A stretch of DNA of 64,000 nucleotides from Candidatus Nealsonbacteria bacterium (GTDB lineage: Bacteria > Patescibacteriota > Minisyncoccia > Minisyncoccales > JANBVM01): the NCBI GenBank assembly GCA_026016225.1, contig CP061210.1:593131-657130 (forward strand), read 5' to 3'. Every line of letters begins with the position of its first letter. The first letter of the stretch is position 1. The notes beneath the pieces were generated by a model. It made no database searches and had not been told where the DNA came from. It saw nothing but the letters and a program-made list of their open reading frames with translations. The translations under genes and the position numbers were made by a program. Shown piece after piece: positions 17,506-25,668 of this stretch.

Positions 17506-18870
17506 TTGAAGTTAATATTTAAAACAAATATAATGTTTAAAATGAGAGGAAAAACTCGCAAAATTCTATTGTTTCTATTTTTCCTTATATTTATTATCTC
17601 AGCACCCTTATTGGTGTTTTATTTTCAGGGATATAGATTTGATTTTAAAAACAAAAAATTGATCCAAACGGGCGGTCTTTTCTTTAAAATAAAACCGAAA
17701 CAAACAAAAATTTATTTAGACGAAAAATTATCAAAAGAAACTGATTTTCTTTTTGGTTCAGCTCTAATTGAAAATCTTTTACCAAAAAAATATAATGTTA
17801 AAGTAAAAAAAGAGGGGTATTTTGATTGGGAAAAAAACTTAGAAATAAGAGAAAAGGAGGTTACAGAAGCTAGAAATATTGTTCTTTTTCCAAATGATAT
17901 TAATTTTAGTTTTTTATCAAAAGGAATTAAAGATGTTTGGCTTTCTCCCGACGAAAGAAAAATGATTTTTAAAGAAAAGAAAGAAGATATCTGGGAATTG
18001 AAAATTTATGATTTAGAGAAAAACTTAAAGAGCCACCTTCTTAAAGAAAGTGATATCTCAAGTAAAGGAGCTGATTTATTTGACCTGGAATTTTCCAGAG
18101 ACGGAAAGAAAATATATTTTGATACTTTAATTGAAGAACAATTAAGAAAAAAGAAGAGTTTTGTTTTAGAAATCGATAAGAGCCCCCCTTTCTTAAAAGA
18201 AACTGAAAAAACTTTACCACCTCTGGAAAATATTATAACCTCTCAACAAATCAATGAAGAAGTTTATTATCTGGATAATTTTGGTTATCTTTACAAATCG
18301 GATAGTTCTTTCTCTAAAGCAGAAGAAATCACAAGAGTGCCTTTTCCTTTAAAACAGGAAACCGACTATCAATTATATGTTTTTTCTGACTTTGTCTTTC
18401 TAATAGAAGGAGGGAAATCTCTGCATTTATTAAATCAAGAAACAAAATTATTCGAAAATTTCTTCGAAGGAATAAAGTCTCTAAAAATCTCTCCTGATTT
18501 TGAAAAGATAGTCTATTTCTCTAATTACGAAATTCAAATTTTTTTCCTGAAAGAAAGTCCAAAGCAGCCAAAAAGGGAAAAAGGAGAAAATATGTTTTTA
18601 CTCCGCCTTTCAGAAAAAATCAAAGATGTTTTCTGGATAACACCAAATCATTTGATTTTCAGCACCGAGAATAATATAAAAATTACTGAAATTGACAATA
18701 GAGATATAATAAATATTATTCAATTAGCTGAGTTTTCATCTTTTATTAAGAACCACGGAGAATCTACTAAAGACCGGGGAAATCTAAAAATATTCTGGAA
18801 CTCTATTAATGAAAGACTCTATGTCTTAGCTAAAGAAAGTCTATGGGTTTCAAATAAACTGACTCCCTAA
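17506..18870 (+). CDS. membrane-anchored protein with PEGA-like domain and beta-propeller-like repeats
   Basis: N-terminal TM (ILLFLFFLIFIISAPLLVF), a PEGA-like stretch (KYNVKVKKEGYFDWEKNLEI), and repeated WLSPDERKMIF / FSRDGKKIYF / ISPDFEKIVYF motifs resembling TolB/PD40 blades. The true start may be the internal MRGKTRK. Confidence 0.4.
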   Translation: MKLIFKTNIMFKMRGKTRKILLFLFFLIFIISAPLLVFYFQGYRFDFKNKKLIQTGGLFFKIKPKQTKIYLDEKLSKETDFLFGSALIENLLPKKYNVKVKKEGYFDWEKNLEIREKEVTEARNIVLFPNDINFSFLSKGIKDVWLSPDERKMIFKEKKEDIWELKIYDLEKNLKSHLLKESDISSKGADLFDLEFSRDGKKIYFDTLIEEQLRKKKSFVLEIDKSPPFLKETEKTLPPLENIITSQQINEEVYYLDNFGYLYKSDSSFSKAEEITRVPFPLKQETDYQLYVFSDFVFLIEGGKSLHLLNQETKLFENFFEGIKSLKISPDFEKIVYFSNYEIQIFFLKESPKQPKREKGENMFLLRLSEKIKDVFWITPNHLIFSTENNIKITEIDNRDIINIIQLAEFSSFIKNHGESTKDRGNLKIFWNSINERLYVLAKESLWVSNKLTP

Positions 18871-18904
18871 AAACTCTTGAAACTTAAAGGGTGAAACTTG
18901 AACC

Positions 18905-19600
18905 TTAAGCGGTTTTGTTTTGCGCCTGAATTCTTTTCTTAAATTCTTCCCAGTTTACATTTCCCCCTCCTGTCATCTGACAGACTTCTTTAAACGGACA
19001 ATAACGACATTGCCAACTTAGGGGATAATCAGCGAGCTGGGAAGGAATAATATTTGAATCTATCTTTCTTTTTAGCTCGGTTAATTTTTTCAAAAGTCCC
19101 CGGGCTCTATTTTTATCATAATCTACTAAAAATTCTTTTAATTCCTGGCTATCTTTATTAACGTAAAGCAAAATTCCTTTTGATACTTTGAAAAAATGTA
19201 AATAAAGCTGAAGCTGGTCAACGTTTTCTACTTTAGGTTCTTTTAGATTTCTAAAAATCATACTGTTCATACTTTTGATGTCAACAATATATAAATCTTT
19301 TCCGTCACTAATGATTGCATCAGCCCTTCCAGCGATTAATTCTTTGGGAGGGATATTAACCTCTGACGCTACCACATGAATCTTTCTCAAACTCAACAAA
19401 GGCTTCATAATAAGCTGATGTATATAATCTCCGTGCTCAAACAATCTTAAGATTCTCGCTTCCATATCTTCTTTGGGAGCTTTTTTGAATTTATAAAATA
19501 TTGCCCTTGGACATTTTCCAGCGTCGGTAATATAAAAACGGGTCCTTTCTCTATCTTTTTGGCGGTCTAAGTAAAATTGGTTGATAAGTTTTTTGAGCAT
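18905..19600 (-). CDS. PD-(D/E)XK nuclease with Cas4/AddB-type 4-Cys cluster
   Basis: N-terminal Cys (DAGKCPRAIFY), core GRADAI...LYIVDIKS, and C-terminal CRYCPFKEVC. No cas genes or CRISPR array are nearby. Confidence 0.5.
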   Translation of the reverse strand: MLKKLINQFYLDRQKDRERTRFYITDAGKCPRAIFYKFKKAPKEDMEARILRLFEHGDYIHQLIMKPLLSLRKIHVVASEVNIPPKELIAGRADAIISDGKDLYIVDIKSMNSMIFRNLKEPKVENVDQLQLYLHFFKVSKGILLYVNKDSQELKEFLVDYDKNRARGLLKKLTELKRKIDSNIIPSQLADYPLSWQCRYCPFKEVCQMTGGGNVNWEEFKKRIQAQNKTA

Positions 19601-19744
19601 AATAAATTAGGGTCTAGTATGTTTTTGTGTATGGTAATTTTAACAAATCCGGGGTTAATTGTCGAGGAATTTTACTCGATATATAAACTATTTTCCGCTT
19701 GAAAAATTATTTTGTTGTTATAATATAAAGAAGGTGTTTTAAAA

Positions 19745-20032
19745 ATGTCATCAGGTAAGCCATCAGATGAAATTCTAAAGGCCTTAGAAAAGATTAATCA
19801 AGATTTATCAGGAGAACTTTTGATAAGTGCATTGGATAATTTGAAAAATATCGTAGAAAAAAGTGTCTTAGAAGACCATCATAAAGAATTACTCAGGAAA
19901 ATATTTTTTTGGAAAAATATAAGGGAAAATCGAGAAGCTCGTGAAATTTTAAAGCAAATATTAACGAAATTCATTAGAGAAGCTATCCTTGACCTGTTTA
20001 AAGTCTTATCATATACCTTCAATAATCTTTAA
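19745..20032 (+). CDS. hypothetical small helical protein
   Basis: 95-aa ORF preceded by AAGGTG and by a TGtTATAAT extended -10. It is followed by a strong hairpin terminator. Confidence 0.4.
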   Translation: MSSGKPSDEILKALEKINQDLSGELLISALDNLKNIVEKSVLEDHHKELLRKIFFWKNIRENREAREILKQILTKFIREAILDLFKVLSYTFNNL

Positions 20033-20051
20033 ACTATATCCTTTTTTAAAA

Positions 20052-20080
20052 AATCTCTTTTTAAAAGAGATTATTTTTTT
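20052..20080. terminator. bidirectional intrinsic terminator
   Basis: AATCTCTTT-tta-AAAGAGATT, a 9-bp stem flanked by an A-run and a T-run, between convergent ORF 19745..20032 and rpsI. Confidence 0.65.
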
Positions 20081-20119
20081 ATATAAGATTATCACAAGAC
20101 TCAGGGTTACGAAAACGCT

Positions 20120-20695
20120 TTAGCGTTTCCTCCACTGCTTTGCTCTTCTGGCTCTTCTTAAACCAAACTTTTTTCTTTCTCTCATTCTTGAATCCCTTCT
20201 TAAAAAGCCAGCTTTTTTTAATCTTTTTCTAAAGTCGGGGTTAAAAAGAACAAGTACTCTGGCTATTCCATGACGAATAGCTTCTGCTTGACCGGAAATA
20301 CCTCCCCCTTTCACGATTACTGAAATCCTAAACTTATCTATGCACTTCATTTTTTCTAAAGAAGCTAAAGCAGTTTTTTGAAGCTCAAGAATAGGAAAAT
20401 ATTTTTCCAATGGCTTTTTGTTAACTAAAAATTCTTTCTCTCCTTTAGTCCAAATTCTCACCCTGGCTACCGATGTCTTTCTTCTCCCTTGAGATTCATA
20501 ATATTTATCAGGTTTACTAACCTTTTTTTCCGCCAGCTGGCGGATTTCTTTTCTTCTCTTGTCCTCCACATCCTTGACTACGGAGGGTTTCTCTACTTTC
20601 TTCTTTTTCTTTTCTTTCTTAGGAGCTTTAGGTTTTTTCTTGGTTTTTGTTTTAGTTTTTGTTTTAGTTTTTGTTTCTGTTTTAGCTTTTACCAT
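20120..20695 (-). CDS. rpsI: 30S ribosomal protein S9 with Lys-rich N-terminal extension of about 65 aa
   Basis: S9 core GRRKTSVARVRI...GGGISGQAEAIRHGIARVL...RRAKQWRKR. The N-terminus contains (KT)6 encoded by a hexanucleotide tandem repeat. Confidence 0.92.
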   Translation of the reverse strand: MVKAKTETKTKTKTKTKTKKKPKAPKKEKKKKKVEKPSVVKDVEDKRRKEIRQLAEKKVSKPDKYYESQGRRKTSVARVRIWTKGEKEFLVNKKPLEKYFPILELQKTALASLEKMKCIDKFRISVIVKGGGISGQAEAIRHGIARVLVLFNPDFRKRLKKAGFLRRDSRMRERKKFGLRRARRAKQWRKR

Positions 20696-20713
20696 ATAAT
20701 ATTAATTTAAAAC

Positions 20714-21070
20714 CTATTTAGATTTTTCAAATCTTAATCTTTTTATCTGTTTTGACCTTAATTTATTTTTTGGCAACATCCCATAAACTGCTTTTTTTAA
20801 AACTTCTTCAGGTTTTGTCTTAAAAAGTCGTTTTAAAGGAATTTCTTTCAATCCACCGGGATATCCTGAATATCGATAATATTTTTTCTGCTCCATTTTC
20901 CTTCCCGTAATTTTTAACTTCTCAACATTTTTAACAATTACAATATCACCCATATCTTTATAGGGTACAAAGTCAGGTTTTTGTTTGCCACGCAAAAGAA
21001 TGGCGACTTTGCTAGCTAGCCTACCCAAAACTTTATCTTCAGCATCAATAGTATGAGTTTTCCGTTGCAT
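20714..21070 (-). CDS. rplM: 50S ribosomal protein L13
   Basis: MQRKTHTIDAEDKVLGRLASKVAILLRGKQKP is the L13 N-terminus. The ATG at 21070 is preferred over the track start. Confidence 0.92.
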   Translation of the reverse strand: MQRKTHTIDAEDKVLGRLASKVAILLRGKQKPDFVPYKDMGDIVIVKNVEKLKITGRKMEQKKYYRYSGYPGGLKEIPLKRLFKTKPEEVLKKAVYGMLPKNKLRSKQIKRLRFEKSK

Positions 21071-21087
21071 AGCTAAATGGTTGCCAT

Positions 21088-21438
21088 TCATTCTACTAAT
21101 TCTATTATTGCCATTTTTGCCCCGTTGCTCTTTCTTGGTCCCAATTTAATAATTCTTGTGTATCCTCCTTTCCTCTCTTTATACCTCGGAGCTATTTCCT
21201 CGACTATTTTTTTTACCATTTGTGAAGAAAAATTCTTAGCTAATAGTCTTCTTGCTGACAGATCAGCCTTCTTGGCTTTAGTAATTTGTTTTTCGGCAAA
21301 AATAGAAAGCTCTTTAGCTTTAGCTTTCGTAGTTTTAATCTTTTCTTTTAAGAAAAATTCTCTGGCCAAAGACCTCAAAAGTGCTCTTCTTTGGTTTCTT
21401 TTCCTGCTAAGCTTTCTTCCTTTTTTTCTTTTTTTCAT
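21088..21438 (-). CDS. rplQ: 50S ribosomal protein L17
   Basis: The start KKGRKLSRKRNQRRALLRSLA is L17-like. It follows rpoA and overlaps it by 32 nt. Confidence 0.9.
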   Translation of the reverse strand: MKKRKKGRKLSRKRNQRRALLRSLAREFFLKEKIKTTKAKAKELSIFAEKQITKAKKADLSARRLLAKNFSSQMVKKIVEEIAPRYKERKGGYTRIIKLGPRKSNGAKMAIIELVE

Positions 21439-22204
21439 GTTTTTTGCTTTTAACTGTTTTATCGTGTTCTTTTTTCAACTCTCTCTTTCTCTTATCTTCA
21501 GCTTTAACTAAGGAGGATTCCTTTTTGAAGGTCTGAGAAAATAAATCAAAGTGATTTAATAAAATCTTTGAAGCTCTGAAAAATGCCTCTTGGGGAGATA
21601 TAATACCATCAGTCTCAATCTCTAAAAATAACCTATCAAAATCTGTTCTCTTCCCCACCCTCATATTCTCTACCTTAAAAGCCACTCTTTTTACCGGAGT
21701 AAAGATAGAGTCCAAAAGAATTACTCCAACTTCTAATTTTTCTTTCTTCCTTGCTTCTTTTGGTACATATCCTGTTCCTTTTTCAACCTGAATTTCTATC
21801 TCTAATTCTGCTTTTTTTTCGGTCAAAGTGGCAATATGGGCTTCTTTATCCACTAACTCTAATTGGGCTGGAAGTTTAAAATCAGAACCTGTCACTTTCT
21901 TTTCACCTTTTACCTTTAAAACAGCTTTTTGAGGCTCTTTTGTGAAAATCTTAAATCTTAACTTTTTTAAATTAAGTAGAATATCAATTACATCCTCGAG
22001 CACGCCGGGAATAGTTGAAAATTCATGGGAAACATTTTTTATCCTAACATGGGTGAGCGCAGCACCCTCTAAAGAAGAAAGTAAAACTCTTCTTAAAGAA
22101 TTTCCAATTGTGACTCCATAACCCGGATAAAGAGCTTCTATTTCAAAAATGGCTTTATTTTTTTCTTTTTTAATAGCTTTTGGCTTAAGGGGTAAAGGAA
22201 TCAT
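21407..22204 (-). CDS. rpoA: DNA-directed RNA polymerase alpha subunit, N-terminal domain only plus Lys-rich tail
   Basis: Alpha-NTD motifs (GYGVTIGNSLRRVLLSSLEGAA). The protein ends at 265 aa in KKEHDKTVKSKKHEKKKKRKKA, with no recognisable alpha-CTD. Confidence 0.88.
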   Translation of the reverse strand: MIPLPLKPKAIKKEKNKAIFEIEALYPGYGVTIGNSLRRVLLSSLEGAALTHVRIKNVSHEFSTIPGVLEDVIDILLNLKKLRFKIFTKEPQKAVLKVKGEKKVTGSDFKLPAQLELVDKEAHIATLTEKKAELEIEIQVEKGTGYVPKEARKKEKLEVGVILLDSIFTPVKRVAFKVENMRVGKRTDFDRLFLEIETDGIISPQEAFFRASKILLNHFDLFSQTFKKESSLVKAEDKRKRELKKEHDKTVKSKKHEKKKKRKKA

Positions 22205-22275
22205 GATTTAAAAAACAAGCAACAAGAGAAGGGGAATAAAGATTTTTCTTATTTTCCATTTCCTGCTCCTTGAAA

Positions 22276-22908
22276 TTATCTTGAATAAAACTCGAAAATA
22301 GTTGGTATTTCCACCGGTGGAGATACTTCTTCTAAAGTAGGAATTCCAACTATTTTCCCTTCTAATTTTTCGGTATTTAATTCAAGCCAACTCGGAACTT
22401 TTTGTTTTTTCATTAAAGCTCTAATTTCTTTCACAACCTTCCTTCCAGATTTTTTAGGTTTTAGGGAAATAACATCTCCTTTTTTTAATTGGTGAGAGGG
22501 AATATTCATGGCTTTTTTATTAACCATAAAAAACCTATGCGACACTAATTGTCTTGCTTTAGCTCTTGAAAGAGTGAAACCTAATCTAAAAACTACATTA
22601 TCTAAACGAAACTCTAACATTTGAATCAGTAAAGCTGAGGTATCTTTTACTTTGCCTCTTTTTCCCAGTATCTTCTTTATATAATTTTTAAACTGTTTTT
22701 CTCTTAAATTATACCAGTTTCTTAATTTTTGTTTTTCTCTCAACTCCTTTGCATATTCTGAAGGACGACTTCTTCTTCTTCTCTTTGCTTTTTGACCGGG
22801 AGGATAAGCCCTTTTTACCATAGCGCACTTTGGCGAAAAACAACGTTCGCCTTTTAAAAAAAGTTTTTCACCTACTCTCCGACAAATTTTGCACTTCGCA
22901 TTTATCAT
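22276..22908 (-). CDS. rpsD: 30S ribosomal protein S4
   Basis: N-terminal Zn-knuckle CKICRRVGEKLFLKGERC and an S4 domain (RLDNVVFRLGF). Confidence 0.93.
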   Translation of the reverse strand: MINAKCKICRRVGEKLFLKGERCFSPKCAMVKRAYPPGQKAKRRRRSRPSEYAKELREKQKLRNWYNLREKQFKNYIKKILGKRGKVKDTSALLIQMLEFRLDNVVFRLGFTLSRAKARQLVSHRFFMVNKKAMNIPSHQLKKGDVISLKPKKSGRKVVKEIRALMKKQKVPSWLELNTEKLEGKIVGIPTLEEVSPPVEIPTIFEFYSR

Positions 22909-22913
22909 CTTAT

Positions 22914-23033
22914 TTCTTAATTCGTAGAATCAAGGTTCTGAGGAGCGGAGCGACGAATGGTTCTTAATTCAAAGAATCAAGGTTCTGAGGAGCGGAGCGA
23001 CGAATGGTTCTTAATTCAAAGAATCAAGGTTCT
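22914..23033. repeat. 47-bp tandem repeat, about 2.5 copies, in the rpsK-rpsD spacer
   Basis: The unit ttcttaattcRWagaatcaaggttctgaggagcggagcgacgaatgg occurs at 22914-22960 and 22961-23007 with 2 mismatches, plus a 26-nt partial copy at 23008-23033. This is followed by the hairpin CTCACC-gaa-GGTGAG. Confidence 0.85.
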
Positions 23034-23050
23034 CACCGAAGGTGAGGTTC

Positions 23051-23503
23051 TTACACTCTCCTTGGTTTTTTAGGCCGACAACCGTTATGGGGAACAGGAG
23101 TTACATCTTTAATTGAGATTATATCCAAACGCCGAGCCGCCAGACTTCTTATTGCCGAGTCCCTTCCGGAACCTATTCCCTTAACTAAAACCTTAATTTT
23201 TTTGATCTTCAATTTATCTACCACTTGACTCATTGCTTCAGCTACCTTTGAAGCAGCAAAAGGAGTGCCTTTCTTTGTACCTTTAAAACCAATTCTACCC
23301 GCCGAAGTCCAGTATAAAACATTTCCTTCAAGGTCAGTTAAGCTTAAGAGTGTATTATTATACGAAGAATAAATATAAATTCTCCCCTCTTTTACTTTCT
23401 GAGGAGCTTTTATTTTAACTTCTTTCCTTACAGCTGCTTCTACTTTTTCTCTCTCTTTTAATAATTCTTCTTTAGTTTTAACAACAACACGTTTCTTACC
23501 CAT
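23051..23503 (-). CDS. rpsK: 30S ribosomal protein S11
   Basis: The S11 core GFKGTKKGTPFAASKVAE...HNGCRPKKPRRV. Confidence 0.93.
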   Translation of the reverse strand: MGKKRVVVKTKEELLKEREKVEAAVRKEVKIKAPQKVKEGRIYIYSSYNNTLLSLTDLEGNVLYWTSAGRIGFKGTKKGTPFAASKVAEAMSQVVDKLKIKKIKVLVKGIGSGRDSAIRSLAARRLDIISIKDVTPVPHNGCRPKKPRRV

Positions 23504-23528
23504 AGTGGTAATATTTTTTGATATTATT

Positions 23529-23918
23529 CTATTTTGAGGTTGGAGGCGGTTTTCTGCCTGAACCTACAGTTTTCCTTACATTTCCTCTTACTGTCCTGGT
23601 GTTTGTCTTGGTTCTCTGACCTCTAACAGGCAATCCTTTAGCATGACGAAGACCCCTCCATGTCCCGATATCTCTTAATCTTTTAATTGCCATCATTTTC
23701 CCTCTTTTCACTTCTCCTTCTACTTTATAATTTCTTTCAATTATTTCTTTTAAACGGTTAATTTCATCGGGTGTAAGATCTTTTGCTTTTTTAAAAGGAT
23801 TTATGCTGGTTTGTATAAGAATTTTACTACTTAAAGAAAGACCTATTCCGTAAATGTAGGTCAAAGCTATTTCTATTTGTTTGTTTTCTGGTATATTAAC
23901 TCCGGCAATTCTTGGCAT
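23529..23918 (-). CDS. rpsM: 30S ribosomal protein S13
   Basis: Starts MPRIAGVNIPENKQIEIALTYIYGIG. Confidence 0.94.
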   Translation of the reverse strand: MPRIAGVNIPENKQIEIALTYIYGIGLSLSSKILIQTSINPFKKAKDLTPDEINRLKEIIERNYKVEGEVKRGKMMAIKRLRDIGTWRGLRHAKGLPVRGQRTKTNTRTVRGNVRKTVGSGRKPPPTSK

Positions 23919-23932
23919 TGTATTTACTTTTT

Positions 23933-24046
23933 TTATCCTTGTCTTTGTTTATGTTTAGGGTTCTTACATATTATATAAACCCGTCCTTTTCTCCGAACAA
24001 CCTTACAATGTCGACACCTTTTTTTTACAGATGATTTTACTTTCAT
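23933..24046 (-). CDS. rpmJ: 50S ribosomal protein L36
   Basis: Below the ORF-track size cutoff. My translation is [37 protein letters not shown] (37 aa), between infA and rpsM as expected. Confidence 0.9.
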   Translation of the reverse strand: MKVKSSVKKRCRHCKVVRRKGRVYIICKNPKHKQRQG

Positions 24047-24056
24047 AAAAAGCTAA

Positions 24057-24275
24057 TTATTTATTTCGATAAACTATTCTTCCCCTCTTTTCATCATAGG
24101 GGCTTAGCTCTACCGTTACTTTGTCACCTGGTAAAACTTTAATCCTATATATCCTCAACTTTCCGGCAAGATGACATAATGCCTCTTTCCCATCCTCTAA
24201 TCTTATACGAAAATTACCAGCTGGTAGAGCCTCTAAAACTACTCCATATTTTTTAATTTTTTTGTTTTTCACCAA
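24057..24275 (-). CDS. infA: translation initiation factor IF-1
   Basis: 72-aa S1-like OB protein (GVVLEALPAGNFRIRLEDGKEALCHLAGKLR). Confidence 0.93.
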   Translation of the reverse strand: MVKNKKIKKYGVVLEALPAGNFRIRLEDGKEALCHLAGKLRIYRIKVLPGDKVTVELSPYDEKRGRIVYRNK

Positions 24276-24361
24276 TGATTGATAATTGATTAATTTACCA
24301 AAAATTTAAATTTTAGTCAACACTTTGGCTTTACTTAATACAAGCCCTTTTAGAATAGACT

Positions 24362-25597
24362 TTAATCTATAATAGGATATTTAATCTCAATTTTATTTAA
24401 ATCCTCTGGTACACTTTTCACCCAAAATGGCCAAAATCTAATTTCTATATTGATAAATTCTGATTGTTTTTCCAGAAAAATTTTTGTTTCAATTAAGGAT
24501 TTTCCGACTAACGACTCCTTTAAAAGTTGTAAATTAATATCGGGATACATCTTAATTGAAAAACTCAAAGAGAGAACAACCTTCCCAGATTCAAAATCAA
24601 CAATTTGAGGAGTATAATCTATTTTTAAGCTCTCCTCGTAGAGTAATTTTTCTTCATGAGTTTCAGAAAAGATAAATTCTTTTACAAAATTTTGGACTTC
24701 TTCTTTTTTAAAAATAATCGTAGTAGCTTCTACCGTTGCTCCGGAATTAAATCTTTCTACCTCATTTCCTTCCTTTGCTAAAGAAAATATGTCTTTAATC
24801 TCTGTCTCTAAAATGTCGTCCAAAAATACGAATTCATCTGTAACCTTGTTTTCTAAACTTACCGCAGCTTTTGTTTTTGCTTTCTTTGAGACACTCTCTT
24901 TTGCATTTTCTATATCTTCTGTAGTAATTTGAGGTGAATCTCCTCCTCCTTTTATTTCTTCAAAAGACTCTCCGTAAAATTTAGTATACCTTGGAGTTCC
25001 TCTGAAAACAAAAATAGAAAAATGGGAAGGTCCAATATTATAATCTTCACCTGCTTCAGCAGCTATTACCGGAACGTCAACATATTTTGGGATAATTTTT
25101 CCATTTTCGATTTCAGCTCCAGGCACAGCAATTTTATCTTTTGATTTATATAGTTTTCCTTCAGAGGATACAAATCTTGTTTCTGCTAACCAATTTTCGG
25201 ATTTTGTACTATAAGCATTATAAAGTCTAATAATACCTTCTGCTTTCTTTAAAGTTCTGCCAGAAGATAAAAAACTGTCAGAGATACTTTCTTCAATCTT
25301 AAGAAATTGACCGGGAATAGTTTTGTTTTCAAAATCAGGTTTTTCAACTTCTGTATCTATGGTTAAGTTTGTCTTAGAAAAATCTGTCTTTGTCTCCGGC
25401 CAAATTTTAATCTCAACTTTTGAGAGCTGAAAACCAACGATAACAGCTATTATTAAGGATAAAGGAATTAAAAACCAAACCCAGTTTATCTTGATTTTTT
25501 TAGGTAATTCTTCTTTCTCTTCTACTAATGGTTTTTCCATTTTTAAAGAGGAAGAAGGTTCTTCAGGCGGTAAAATGTCCCAGATTTTCCTTGTCAT
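24362..25597 (-). CDS. membrane-anchored hypothetical protein (possibly baseplate J/gp47-like; tentative)
   Basis: 411 aa with one N-terminal TM (WVWFLIPLSLIIAVIVGF). The central segment IRLYNAYS...ETRFVSSEGKLYKS...VPVIAAEAGEDYNIG...GTPRYTKFYGES recalls proteins often annotated as baseplate J-like in CPR genomes. This is from memory only. Confidence 0.3.
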   Translation of the reverse strand: MTRKIWDILPPEEPSSSLKMEKPLVEEKEELPKKIKINWVWFLIPLSLIIAVIVGFQLSKVEIKIWPETKTDFSKTNLTIDTEVEKPDFENKTIPGQFLKIEESISDSFLSSGRTLKKAEGIIRLYNAYSTKSENWLAETRFVSSEGKLYKSKDKIAVPGAEIENGKIIPKYVDVPVIAAEAGEDYNIGPSHFSIFVFRGTPRYTKFYGESFEEIKGGGDSPQITTEDIENAKESVSKKAKTKAAVSLENKVTDEFVFLDDILETEIKDIFSLAKEGNEVERFNSGATVEATTIIFKKEEVQNFVKEFIFSETHEEKLLYEESLKIDYTPQIVDFESGKVVLSLSFSIKMYPDINLQLLKESLVGKSLIETKIFLEKQSEFINIEIRFWPFWVKSVPEDLNKIEIKYPIID

Positions 25598-25613
25598 ACT
25601 TTATATATTATAT

Positions 25614-25644
25614 CAAAAAATCCTTTACTTTAAAATGAAGGATT
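25614..25644 (-). terminator. intrinsic terminator after alaS
   Basis: Minus strand reads AAUCCUU-12 nt-AAGGAUU followed by a U-run, about 25 nt after the stop at 25669. Confidence 0.5.
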
Positions 25645-25668
25645 AAAAAAGGATTAATGAGGTGGAAT

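Noticed and set aside
22914-23033. Possible CRISPR array
   Set aside because: The 47-bp units are directly adjacent with no unique spacers, and there are only 2.5 copies. This is a simple tandem repeat.
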